This document shows positions 27,422 through 40,700 of a stretch of DNA of 64,000 bases, piece by piece. Position 1 is the stretch's first letter; each line of letters begins with the position of its first letter. The stretch comes from Lingula anatina (lineage: Eukaryota > Animalia > Brachiopoda). Made by a program: the position numbers and the translations under genes. The DNA lies in NCBI GenBank assembly GCA_051362555.1, contig CM120640.1, positions 68,984,788-69,048,787 on the forward strand. The letters are read 5' to 3'. The notes below the pieces were generated by a model. The model was not told where the DNA came from and did no database searches. It saw only the letters and a list, made by a program, of their open reading frames with translations.

Positions 27422-29500
27422 ATGGATTCTTGCACTGTTATGGAACTTGCTTCACAATTTGGTGATAAAATCCAAAACTTGAAAAATTGTTTTAAGCTCC
27501 AAGCCTGCAGTGGAGATGTTAACTGCCAGCAGCTGTTGACAGGTATAGATAAAGAGATCTGTGAGTTGGAAGTTTTGATGGCCTTGATGAGAGCAGAGGT
27601 GGCAAGAGAAAAAGAACATTTGAAGTCCCTGGAGGTAAGAGCAGTTTCATGAATGTAAACGCCAGCTTTTTTTCTGTTATATTTTGTTCCCTTGTGAATG
27701 GAAAAGATTATCCTGTGCACCTGCCCCTCCCTGCAGAAGCATCACCTAACATTATCTACTGAGCAGTATAAGTTTTGTATTAATTTTACTTAGTTTCTTT
27801 GTCTCTTCTAACTTTTTTTCCTCTACTCTGTTAACTGTGATTATATTTTAAATTATTTTTACAGGAAAAAATCATTTATATGGATTTGTTTTCTAGGTGT
27901 TAAAGGAACAGGTTCTAGACCTCCAGAAGAATCTCCATTATGCAAATGATAATCTTCCACAAAGGCTTCCACAGAAAAAAGTTTGCACTAAAAATGAGGC
28001 ATCTGAAAATGGGTAAGTAATGATATTCGGCAAAAGACATGGGCATGTAAGTATACATTTCACTGGACTCCTCAGTTTCCCATGGCATATTGGCCACATA
28101 GTTGTTGGGTATTGAAAAAGAAAAATTTTTAAAACCTGAGAAAAAATAATAAACATTAGTTTTCTGTTAAGGTGATGCTGGAATAAGAAAAAAAAGGGTC
28201 AGCAATATGAGTAGAACCTACAGGAAAAGTGATTTTATTTCCCAGAACCCCCCCCCCCCCCCCCTTTTTTTTTAATTATTCATATTGCTTTTTCAAAAAA
28301 TACTCCAGAATTGGGCTGAAATAGATCTCTGATCTGGTTTTTTAACTGGTTTTTCAACCCTAGTTTCTTATGCTGCCTGAAACTTGAACCTCATTTATGC
28401 ACAATGTTTAGGTTATTTTAGATTTGCATCATGTAGTATGGTGAGGCCATTTTGTTTTTTAGAACAACTGGCAGCCCATTAGGAAGTAAGAAAGATGCAG
28501 TGAGCTCAGAAAATGGTACGGTGGTGCAGGGAGCTAGAAAAAGAACCAGACCCCCTGTTCCTGCTATTGAATATTTGACAAAGGATGAATTTGAGGAGGT
28601 GCCTAAGTGAGTAGTTCACTTTTTTCTCTCAGTACGAGACTGTTTAGTAGCATTGCCTGGTATATAGTACCAGTATATATGTTAATAGATGCTCAGTAAG
28701 TGTAACTTGACATATGCCATTGTCCTCCTAAAGACTGACCAGTTATTCCTTGAAAATAGGTTTGAATTTTTTCCTATTTAAAATGCTTTTCATTTTTTCT
28801 ATCTTAAGCTTTCTATTATGTATGGCATTTAAGAATGTGGAAAATGAGAACGTATTTTTATAATTTTTTCAAGGTACATAAAAGGAAGGATAAATTATGA
28901 CAGTGTTAATTTGGCTATTGATGAGCTTAACAAGGCTGTTTCTGCCAAGTACAGTATTGTTGGAAAGCCCAGATCTGTCATTATGAAAAGCAGTGATGCC
29001 ATAAAGAAACAGTTTGACCAGTTTAAAAGTCAAGAAACAAAGGAGACTAAAGGTTTGTGAGAATTGCATCTTGAAGATGTAGTAGATTTTCCTAGTCAAA
29101 AATGCAATATAGTAAACATGTGATACATTATATAATTATTAGAATGGGCATGTTCAGACATGTTAACTCTGGGTCAGTCAGAAATCAAAACTGCTTTTTT
29201 TGATGAGATAAGTGCTGTAATATTCCATGTTTATTTATATGTAATTTATATTCATTTGTTCTTTAAGACTGCATTGCTATGTTTGATAAACCCAAATACA
29301 AAACCGGGAGACTTACCACTTCTTCTGTTCAACTTTTCCTACAAATAGGTGTGCATTTCATAGTTGATGGGGACATCAAAACACTGAGCAGTTTAAAGAT
29401 GGACTCCAGTGCCAGATGTGTGCTAACCATACTAAGACACTGTGGTAGGATAAAGGAAGTCAGGGGAGGAGGCTGCACCAGATATTGTGTTTGTGTTTAA
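27422..29500 (+). CDS. SKA1: Spindle and kinetochore-associated protein 1
   Basis: Five phase-consistent exons: 27422-27634, 27897-28012, 28463-28606, 28874-29052, 29349-29500. Motifs of the SKA1 microtubule-binding domain: EFEEVPKYIKGR, INKAV..KY-like LNKAVSAKY, ETKETKG..FIV..DI, ILRHCGRIKEVRGGG.TRY. Confidence 0.93.
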
Positions 29501-29613
29501 AGATGGACTCCAGTGCCAGATGTGTGCTAACCATACTAAGACACTGTGGTAGGATAAAGGAAGTCAGGGGAGGAGGCTGCACCAGATATTGTGTTTGTGT
29601 TTAAAGATGGACT
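29391..29613 (+). repeat. 104-bp direct tandem duplication of the SKA1 coding 3' end
   Basis: gtttaaagatggact recurs at 29391, 29495 and 29599; the two 104-bp units look identical. Confidence 0.9.
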
Positions 29614-29935
29614 GCACCAGATACTGTGTTAAACATGTCAGACATATATTAGATACAGTGTGTAGTCATAATTTATTAGCTCTCTGTATGCCACAAAGGT
29701 GATAGTTCCTAAATTTATGAGAGATTAAGATCCTGATTTGCTTAACAATGTTTTTGACTTTTCCACACACTTTAGGAACATTGTTTTAGTATATTTTGAT
29801 CCATTTGCTTAAAACTTACTGAATCCACCATGACTATGCCTTTCCCATGGACAGCCACTGTACTGGTCTTGTCAAAAAAGTCCCATGTGTGGAATTTCAT
29901 CAAGTTTGTTAACATTATCATTTTATTACGACTAA

Positions 29936-30150
29936 GGCTGTATTCCCAGAGCTTTTAGATCGATCTGTCCCCGTGGGGAGTCTCACTAGATTACTGTCAG
30001 ATAATCTGTCTTAAATGTCCGTCCCGCCTACTACAAGCTGTAAGGGGGCAATTAACTTTCGTGTTGGCCCGGCTGACAGCTATTAAGCGTGAACCCCCAG
30101 GGAGTTAGGTCGATCTACAGTAGATCGATCTAATCTCTGGAAATGGGGTC
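29936..30150. mobile_element. MITE, inverted copy of the 14256-14481 family
   Basis: Shared core (ggggagtctcactagattactgtcag, gcgtgaacccccagggagttaggtcgatc); flanked by TAA and TTA. Confidence 0.7.
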
Positions 30151-30153
30151 TTA

Positions 30154-30319
30154 GACCCCATTCGGAATAGGGGACTAACCAGGCAGAGGGACAAATATGG
30201 CCGACCTACTTGAATACTTCCCCACAGGATATCTATTCAGTGTCTATTAGTGGATTAGACAGCAAGCTTTGTAGTGGGTTGCCCCTCGGACTAGTTAGTC
30301 CCCTGTTCAGAATGGGGCC
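30154..30319. mobile_element. Second Harbinger-like MITE abutting the previous one
   Basis: TIRs gaccccattcggaataggggactaac / gttagtcccctgttcagaatggggcc; TTA on both sides; related copy at 33561-33731. Confidence 0.65.
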
Positions 30320-31797
30320 TTAGAATTACCTGGTGCATGATGACACTCAAAAAAGGGCATTATAAACTTCAGATATGATCAATATTTCAGTAAAAATGAT
30401 GTTGTTGTACTGTGCTTCAAATTTACATATGGAAGCCAATGTTAAATCCTGATGAAAGCAACTTGAGTTGATATTTTAATCAAGCTATTTTATGTTTTGA
30501 TGCTTATCTTACAAGTGCTTACCAGTGTAATTTGATTAAAAAAGATATTACAGTGTTCAAGCGTATTGAATTTTTACTCTTAACAACTAATAGTATTTTT
30601 ATAACTTTGTATGTTAACATCCAAACCTGTTGGATGAAATAAAACTTGGGAATACAACTTGATGTTTAAGCATTTTGATGAGGGTTAAAGTAAATGGTAG
30701 ATTTTTCTGCTCTGAATGCATTTTATATGAATTGGTCCTTGGATAGAGGATTGAATAGGGATGCACAGTAATAATACAGCATAATTTTGAATCCAAGAAC
30801 AAGGCATTTGTCCTGTCAGATAGCAGTGGCAAAACTTCTGTAATATTTATATAATTAGCACATTGTATTACCCTTAATGGCTTTTTTTCTCAAAGAACTC
30901 TAGAATGGGCCTGATAAATCTCTGATCTGCAAAACTTTAGGTTTAACCATTATGCTATCTTTTTTCATAAATATTAAATTATACAAATTTAAAAAATGGA
31001 AAATTGCTAATGTTTTCACTAGTATCGATCATGTCCAGCATCTGGTACATGTCCTTTTATCAGCAGCTAAGATATAAACTGAGAATTTCCACTGTTTATG
31101 ATTGCAGAATTGTGGGCTTTAGGTGTCGCTTTCTACCAAACAGTTGTTTAATAAGAAATTTGCAGATATTCTAGCATGGGTATTTGAAATGTTATGCCAT
31201 TTTTGAAGTGGTCATATCCATGCTACACATCTCTAGGTAAAACCTGTGTAACAATTACACAATCAGAAAAGGTGGAGCTTGCTTCTTGTATGAGGACTTT
31301 GTGATTGATTTGTTATATGTTAAAATATCTCAGCCCAAACATTGATTTTTTACTAAGTTTCAGTTCATGATATTGATTTAGTACTCTGGAAAAAAATTAA
31401 GTGAAACGCCTGTCATTCAAAGTTGATTAATATCCAAAACGTTTCATGAAAAATATTTATTCATAGCTTACATTTGCTATTCAGTAAGTAAGTTGAATCC
31501 CATTACAACTCTTGTTTGTTTAATGCAAAACTTCCTTTGTTTACCCTATTGATTACTTGTTAGCAGTATTTCCCGTCTGTTGAAGTAAGGTCATTGAAAG
31601 TCCTAAACAATAGATTCATGCATGTTAAGATGGATCAATGAATCCACTCTTGAACCCTGTCAGAGTCTCATTTAGGTTGAGGCATGTCAATACTCGAGTA
31701 AGGTTTTTGCCCAAATTTCCTGTAGCAGTTTTTTCAAATTGGTAGAAACTTCGTACTTATACAACTCTACTAAGGTTGCATAAGAAGAGGAGACAGG

Positions 31798-34700
31798 ATG
31801 GGAATTTCCAGCATCTTGCTGGTAGTCCTTTTTCTTCAGGCTTCATTGGGGGTAGAATGGAATCCTGATGGCTCCTGTAAGAGTAGCATTCTTTACTCCC
31901 ACTTCACGGCATCCTCTGATATTTCCCGTCCTTTGCAGCACCTCCGAGACATCCACCACATCCGTCATGAACAGCAGTGCTCGGGATCTTGTATCACTGA
32001 ACAGGGGTGCCGCGTTTTCCATTATGACAAGGAAAAAATGGTCTGCTCTCTGTTTACTGACAATGGGCCAATAACACTGGACAATTATTATGTTGTCAAT
32101 ACAACCCAGGACTATAGAACTGTAAGTTGTGTATTTTGTTGTGAAGAATTTCACCTCTTTTGTAATAATGCATTTAATATAATATAATGTAATATTTAGA
32201 GAGTTTAAAAGTTTTGATCACTGAAAAACTATGAAGATGTATCCATGGGTACGAGTATCTATAATATCTGCAGCTCTAGTATTTAGACACTAGCTTTTCC
32301 TCTGATTCATGGAATTCAGGGATTATAAATTTTATTCTGATGGCAGCCCCCAAAACCCCTGTCGATTAAGTGAGCATTTAATATTTTTGTTATTTTTCAG
32401 TCAAGCAACATAAATTGATGTAAGCATTGTTGTTATGGTACAAATCGTAATGTTCAGGACTTGAGATGATGCTGTTTCTTCACTGTTAATAGTACAAGTA
32501 TTATCATCTTCATCTTTTTAGTTCTTAAGACACGCTGATTGTCCTTACTACACAGAGTGCAAGTTCGACCCTTATTGCCAGAATGACTGCCTGGACAAAG
32601 AAAACTTCACATGTGAATGCCCAACAAATAAGCATGGAAAAACATGTCTCCAAGGTAGAGTATCACAAATGAATTTGGGGCATAACATTTTTGTAAAGTT
32701 TTATGGATTATTTTTCCACGTAAATAAAATTTATAGTTTTTATAACTTTGACTTTGAGTATATTATATAATGAGTGTTTAAGATGAGCTTTATCATGTAG
32801 ACATATCCAATCTTTACTAAGCAGACCAGTTTGTTGAGATAACACATTTACTAACCATATCTTAAAAGTGAACAAACAATTTGTGTCAATTTCCTGAAGT
32901 GTATATATTATTTCATTTCTTGGTGGTTGATGACATTTCAGATTTCCAGCACGTCCCAGAGCTGGTGCAGACTATTCCTGTACATTATGGAGTCAATGGG
33001 GAACACATGACCATCAATGGAAAACACTACTTGATTATCGCCTCCAGGTAAATATATAAGCTAGTCTGACAAATATTTCAATTAGGGGATGATGTCAGAG
33101 AAAAAGGACAGAATGGCATTATTAATTATTTCAGATATAACCTATTTTAATGTTTGAAATATATTTGACATTGTCTTGAGGATTTCATACATGAAAAAAA
33201 AAATACATTCTTTATATACTTCATGATAATAGTGTTTTATTAATAAATGTCCAGATAGGTCTTTATCTAGGAGAATTTTTTGTGAATAACGTATATGCCA
33301 GTATAACAGTTAAAACAGTTATAGTTCAAAGCCAGCTGAATTTTTTAATCTGTTCTATATTTAAATTCTTTTTAAAAAAAATTAACCCATTTTAAATTAA
33401 AATTCTGTCTAGGTCCACCAAGTCCTGCTGTTGGACTTACGATGCAGGTCTGTCCAAAGTGTTTGTATATGAAGAGGTTCTGGAGAAATATGTGCACATG
33501 CAGAACTTGCTCCCCAGTAGTACAGCAGATCTCCAGGGGTTTGTCACTGAGGTAAAAATTGAGAACAGACAGCAGAGTAACAGATCTGCAGATCAAATAT
33601 GGCTGACCCACTGGAATGCGTGTTGCGTAATCCCTGTAGGGATTGTCTAATCAGGAATTAAGCAGCAAGCTTTTATATGGGTCGCCATATTTGATCTGTG
33701 GATCTGTTAGTCCGCTGTTCTGAATGTGCTCATTGACACATTGTTATATTACTATGTATTGTAACCTGTATGGTACCAAATGTTATATTTTAACCTCTAG
33801 TGGTACATCTGTGTTTCTTCATATTGTCTTTTATCCCATTACTTTCAACATTTGGTGTGTGGTGTTTGGCACACATGTTAGGAGAGCATACAATTGTTAA
33901 AAAAAAGAAGGAAAACAGAAAAGAGATAAAACTATTATAAAATTAAATACTTATAAAAAATAAAGTCTGGGAGAATGCTCATTTATTAATCTGATTAAAC
34001 TAATATAATGATGTAGACTGTATTTTCTACAAGCACAGTCACATATGAGATATATTGCATATTGTCTGCCAGCACCAATTTTATTGGCTCTTACTGAATA
34101 CATTGGAAAATTTGGTATTTTCAAAAAGACTCTTAAGTTATCAATATCATGAGGCCCATAATGCAATGTTCATAGAAGTAAATTGAGTAAAGCATTTGAA
34201 ATATTAACTGTGTCTCTGGGAGCATAGAAGCATGACAGGATGAATTGTTTGGAGCCAAGCTTATTCCAGTAGTTTTTTAATCAGGTCCTTTGTAAAGTGA
34301 GTGTGGTATAAACAATTATTGCTTCCATACAAAATCTATTGATTATGTTGGTAAAGCATTATTATCACACTGTTTGCTGTAGTTTCATTTTATTGATTAA
34401 TCTTTTGATGAAAAAAGGAATAAATACAGTGCACCAACGTCACAGAGGCAGGTCAATTCCTCATTCCATACACGATATTGATGGCTAAACGGTCTGATCT
34501 TGAACCATAGTGCCTTCACTTGCAGACCATTCATTTAGTTTGACAAAATCATAGAAATCTCTGAATGTGGTTGTAGCTTCCCAAGTACAGTAAACTTTAA
34601 TGTTAAATTATCATGCATAAACAGTCATTTCCAACAGCTGCTCTGTGTTAAATACAATGTTGATCCAAGCCAACCCAATTATTGATTTCAGCTTTCAGAT

Positions 34701-37700
34701 GGATCAATTTGGCTATTGTGTGTTTTTCCAATAATAATGATTAACAAATTCTTTACTTTGTAGATCAAAAATAGAAAAAAAAAGATGTTTTTCAATGTTT
34801 ATAACTTTGCGATTTTTAAAGTGGGAGCAAAGTTGCCAACAAAATAGAACACAGAATGCATGGATTTATTCTCTCATTAACAGCGGAATAAAACGTAAAA
34901 AATGGAAGTCTGTCCTAAATAGAATGTAGAAAGTGTGTAAATGCATAGAGTTGGCACTTCAGTGAAGACTTCCTGTTTATTTATACATCTGTCTTGCATC
35001 CTATGTCTTCTGTCCAGGCCATCCTAACGTTTTTTAAATTTAATAACTTTAGAAAGGATTGAGCTAAAATCACCAGACACTGAACAAATTGTTATCTTGG
35101 ATGAGCTTTTAAATACTTCATTTCAACATTGTTGAAGTTTATAGATTTGCTGTTACCTTACCTTTCAGATTTGCTGTTACCTTGTGGTTACCTAGTTGGT
35201 CTACATGTACTTTTCCTCTATTCCAGATTACTGCAATAAATCTTCGCAAACTCCTTAATCTCCTGTATAACCAGTGCTTTATAATAAACATTTTGGGCAT
35301 AATTTGTAATGATTCAAAATGCTTTAAAATACCAACTGTGTGATTTCCTCAACTGCAAAACAATTTTTATGTTGTTTAAGATATCAATATTTAAAATATA
35401 TGTTCCTTGTGACACCTATTCAGAAATTGTCATGTGTGTCATATAGTTATACATGTAAATATGTGTACTTTTTTCTTCAGGGCACTCACTATCTTATTAC
35501 AACAGCATATGAGGATCTGCCAGGCATAGCGGGAGGGAGTTCTAATGCCTTTGGAAATCCAACAGATAACACACTGTACAAATTTGAAGACACTGAAGGT
35601 AAAGTGGGCAGTTCTTGGTAAAATATTTCTAAAGAATATTTTTTTAAGTTTACATTGCCTGCAATTTGTGTATATGGGTGCATGTACTTTGCCACTTTCT
35701 CTGTGTCATCTTAGATTTTGAACTTTGCAGAAAATGAAAAAGATGCTTACATTATTACCAATTTTTTGTCTAGCCATTTTCCCTGAAATTGTCGCCATCA
35801 ATGCTGACCAGAAACTGACCTACATGGTGAAAATTGGAGGATCTTGGGAAATGCATGAATCTGAAACATGCTGCATGATGGCTGCAACTGTTCATCCCTC
35901 TGGCAATCTAGTTGGCATAACAACCGGCCGCTACATCCAAAGCAAACCTACTCTGGATTCTCCTTGGTATACCTTTTATTTTGTTTCATTTCTATCAAAT
36001 TTTTGTAATAATGATAAGATAAGTTTCAAGCTGCAAGCAGGGATAACTTGTCATATTTACCCAAAATCATGTTTGTTTGTTTTTTTTTTGTATCCTAATA
36101 TGCCATTAAAATGGCATATTTATATCCAATATAAGAACTTTCTTACCACAAATGAGAAGATTTGTTTCATGAAGTTTTCAAGAGTGATATCTACTATTTT
36201 TATGTACAGACACAGATGTGTCTGTACATATAGCCGTCATCTGCGTCTGTCGTCGCCGTTGCCGTCGTCGCCGTCGCCGTGCACTTTTACCGATAACACG
36301 ATAAGTGGAAAACTGTTTTTTCTTTTGGCTTGAAACTTACAGAACTGATGAATATTTGTAATACGCAGGTCAAGTTCGAAAATCAGCATGATCGGGTCAC
36401 TTATAGGGAATTTATGCTGTTTTTTCACTTTTTTCTGCATATATGCAGCACCGATAACACGATAAGTGGAAAACCATTTTACCTTTTGGCTTGAAACTTA
36501 CAGAACTGATGAATATTCATAATACGCAGGTTAAGTTCGAAAATCAGCATGATCGGGTCACTTATAGGGAATTTATGCTGTTTTTTCACTTTTTTCAGCA
36601 TATATGCAGCACCGATAACACGATAAGTGGAAAACCATTTTACCTTTTGGCTTGAAACTTACAGAACTGATGAATATTCATAATACGCAGGCCAAGTTCG
36701 AAAATCAGCGTGATTAGGTCATTTTTAGTGAATTTAGGCTATTTTTTCTCTTTTTTCAGCATATATGCAGCACCGATAACACAATAAATGGAAAACCATT
36801 TTACCTTTTGGCTTGAAACTTACAGAAATGATGAATATTCATAATACGCAGGTAAAGTTAGAAAATCAGCATGATCGGGCCATTTTTAGGGAAGTTTTGC
36901 TGTTTTTTCACTTCTTTCAACATATATGCAACGCTAATAACACAATATAAGAAAAACAGATAGGCCAATTGTCATTATACTCACAGGAGTAGTCAAACTA
37001 ACTAAAACGCAGGTTGAGTTCGAAAATCAGCATAATCGGGCCATTATTTTAGAAGTTATGCTGTTTTTTCACATTTCCTCAGATTCAATTGTTAGGCATG
37101 TTAACTGTCTCATTATTGAACTAATAAGATACGTAAAAGTGTTTGTTTGACATTTCCTGCATCTTAATAACATTGTTAGTTGATTATGTAAAAATGATGG
37201 TAAACTTGTTATTGTGTATTATGTTATAAAGTGTCAAAAATGGAAATAAATATCATTGCAGTTTGTCAGATTCAATCATCTACGATATTCATTATCTCAG
37301 AATGGAGGAAATTGGACATTTAACACTGTTCTATTGATATTTGTCCCATCTCATCAATTTTCTTAGTTGATCATATACAAATGGTAGAAAACTGTTTATT
37401 TTGTTTTATGTTAAAAAAGTGTTTTAAAAATGGAAGTAAACCCATTGCAGAACAGTGCTTTCTTGTTTCAGCATATATGCAGCACCGATAACACGATAAG
37501 TGGAAAACCATTTTACCTTTTCCCTTGAAACTTACAAAACTGATGAATATTCATATTACGCAGGTCAAGTTCGAAAATCAGCATGATCAGGTCATTTTTA
37601 GGGAAGTTGTGCTGTTTTTCACTTTTTTCACCATATATGCAACACTGATAACAGGATAAGTGAAAAATCATTTTACCTTTTGGCTTGAAACTTGCAGAAC

Positions 37701-40700
37701 TAATGAATATTCATATTACGCAGGTCAAGTTCGAAAATCAGCATGATCAGGTCATTTTTAGGGTAGTTATGCTGTTTTTTTCACTTTTTTCAGCATATAT
37801 GCAGCACCGATAACACGATAAGTGGAAAACCATTTTACCTTTTGGTTTCAAACTTACAGAACTGATGAATATTCATAATACGCAGGTCAAGTTTGAAAAT
37901 CAGCATGATCGGGTCATTTTTAGGGAAGAAATGCTGTTTTTACACTTTTTTCAGCATGTATGCAACACCTTTGTGCTATATGATGGTACTGTATGGATGG
38001 CAGCTAGTCTATAAAATTGTCCCTTGGGTGATCACTAATTAAATTAAGGTCTATAAAATCACTTGCCTACTCATTAATTTTCAATTGGCCATTAAATGAG
38101 ATTACATAAAACACTCCTTGAGATTTCCCTGTAAAGTCCCATAGGTTTAGCTCTCTTAACTGTGTCACAAAATTAGGATTTGGTGATAATTGTGCAGATA
38201 AATGGTGTTAAAGGGATAATAACTCTTCATTTCGGCCAAAAAATGAATTTTCCTGGAGTAAACAACAATTTTCCCATACTTACCAATGGTTAATGAATCC
38301 ATTTTTACATTCAAAGTTAGTCCCTGGTTTTTTTCTAAAAAGTTTGGTTTTTTGTTAAAATCTCTTAAGAGATTTTAAGAGACTATGGCCATCAATGGAG
38401 GTCACGTAGTCTAAAGACAAGCTCAGATATCAGAATAATAGCTATAACTGCCGTTTTTGTAGTAAAACAGAATATATTATATTTCTATGAGTTATTCACA
38501 ATGTTTTTGTTGTGAAATATAGATCTCATACAAAGAGTTATTATCCCTTTAAACATTGCAAATAAATTAACAACAAAAAGAATGTGTTATGCCAACATGC
38601 TATAGATGAATAACAGTGCTTTATTTTTCTCAAACTTGGTGGGGTTATTAATATCAAGTTAATACAGCTAGATTAAAAGTTTGAATAGCAGCTTTATTGG
38701 AATTTTTTACGTTTTATTTAAAATTTTTTTAAAATTATTTTTCAAACACTAGCATCTTCAAGATGTGATTTTTTACTCCCATCCAGCAGAAGTGCTGTGC
38801 ATTTTCTGTATTTTTTTGTATATAAGTCTTTTTTCCTCGGATTTAATTCTTAGGCATGTTAACAATCTCATTTGTGAACTAATTAGTAATGTAAAGGTGT
38901 TGTTTTGACATTTTCTGCATCTTAACAATATTGTTAGTTGATTATATAAAAATGATGGTAAACCTGTTATTGTGCATTGTGTAATAAAGTGTCAAAAATG
39001 GAAATAAACTCATATCTTTACAGTTTGTCAGATTCAATCATTCACCATGTTCAGAATCTCAGAATGGAACAAATTGGACATTTAAAATTGTTCTATTGAT
39101 ATTTTTCCTATGTCAACAACTTTCTTAGTTGATCATTTAAAAACGACAGTAAATTGATTATTTTGATATATGTAAAAAAAGTGTTGAAAGTGGAAAGAAA
39201 TTCATTTCAGTACAGTTATCTCTTGTGTACATTTTGGCATTTTGAAGTTGTGACTCTGAACTTCCATGGCCCTGAAGACCTTTCCATATCAAATTTTCTG
39301 AATATCCATGATACTTTTATTTTATTATTAAAAATTGATGGTCATTATGCTGTTAAGCATTATGTAATATTGCATCAAAATTGAAGACAACCCCATTTTA
39401 GACAATGCCTCCACAGTGACCATTAAAGGAAAACCAAGTCACTTACTCTTCTCAAACTTACAGAAATGTAGCATAGCATTAAATTATAGCTTCAGTTGGA
39501 AAACCTGTTATGTCGATTAACTTTCTTGGAAATTATATAGTTTTTTGTTACAATTAAAATTTTCACATATGGACATTTTCAAGGTGTGACTTAGTCTTTG
39601 AACTTCCATTGGCTTGAATACCATTGCTAGTCACATCTTTTGAATAGTTATGATACATTTACTTTATTATTAAAAATTGATGGCCATTGTGCTGTTAAGC
39701 ATTATGTTAAATTGCGTAAAAGATGAAAAAAAAACTTTTTTGGACATCGCTGCTGGGATGACCATTAAGGAAAAACCATTTTACTTATGATATTCTAACT
39801 TACTGAAAAGTTTCATAGGACTGAAGTGTAGCTTGTGTTGGAAATCAATGTGATTGTTTTCTGTTTTGGAAGCAATGCAGCTCTATGGAATGCTATATGG
39901 GGCTACTGTTTATGGATGGTGGTAATTGTCCATTAAATAAGATTACATAAAACACACGTTGAGATTTCCCATTCAAGTCCTATAGGTTAAGCTCTCTTAA
40001 CTGTGTCACATAATTAGGAATTGGTGATAATTATGCAGGTAAATGTTGTTTAATATTGCAAATAAGTTTACAAAAGAAAAAAAAATTGTGTAATGCCAAC
40101 ATTAATTCAATTCAATTCAATTCAATTTATTTCTGTACTGGTACATAGATTGTCATGACCTTGTACAATATGATATACAAATGATGATACAATACAGTTA
40201 GTGTATTACCATCTTTATATAATGAAGATAAGTACTAGTAAAATTACTCATAAAATATTCTAAACAATGAGATAAACCTTGGTGTGATTATAAATTTACC
40301 ATAAACATACCAGAAACATGTTACACAAAAAGAATATGTTTTTAAAGAACTTAAAACCACCGTTACATAGCTGTTTACATGGCTGTTTGATGACATTGAT
40401 AATTACGATTAATGACAATTACATAAGACATATAAGTAAATAAGTTACACAGATATAAATATTGTGCCATGTTCAGTCCCACTGCCGAGTCACTTCTCAC
40501 AACAGTGGGACCATACACTGACATTTTAAGGGATATGCTAAGAGTTACCAAGCAGAGCAACCACTTCACTTCTTTTCTTAAATGATTTGATTATAAAGTT
40601 GGAGAGGGACACTAAAGTATCTTTGTTGGCACTGTTAAATACATGGCATAATTGACTGTCTGGTGGCCTTGAATCAGCTTTTAGGAATGAGGTTTTACTG

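Noticed and set aside
35725-36333. 202-aa ORF as a standalone gene
   Set aside because: Only 35774-35966 is a coding exon; the rest reads through intron and the Helentron-like 5' end.
36290-37968. Regular repeats as a possible CRISPR-like array
   Set aside because: Whole 161-bp units repeat with no unique spacers, in a eukaryotic context: this is satellite DNA.
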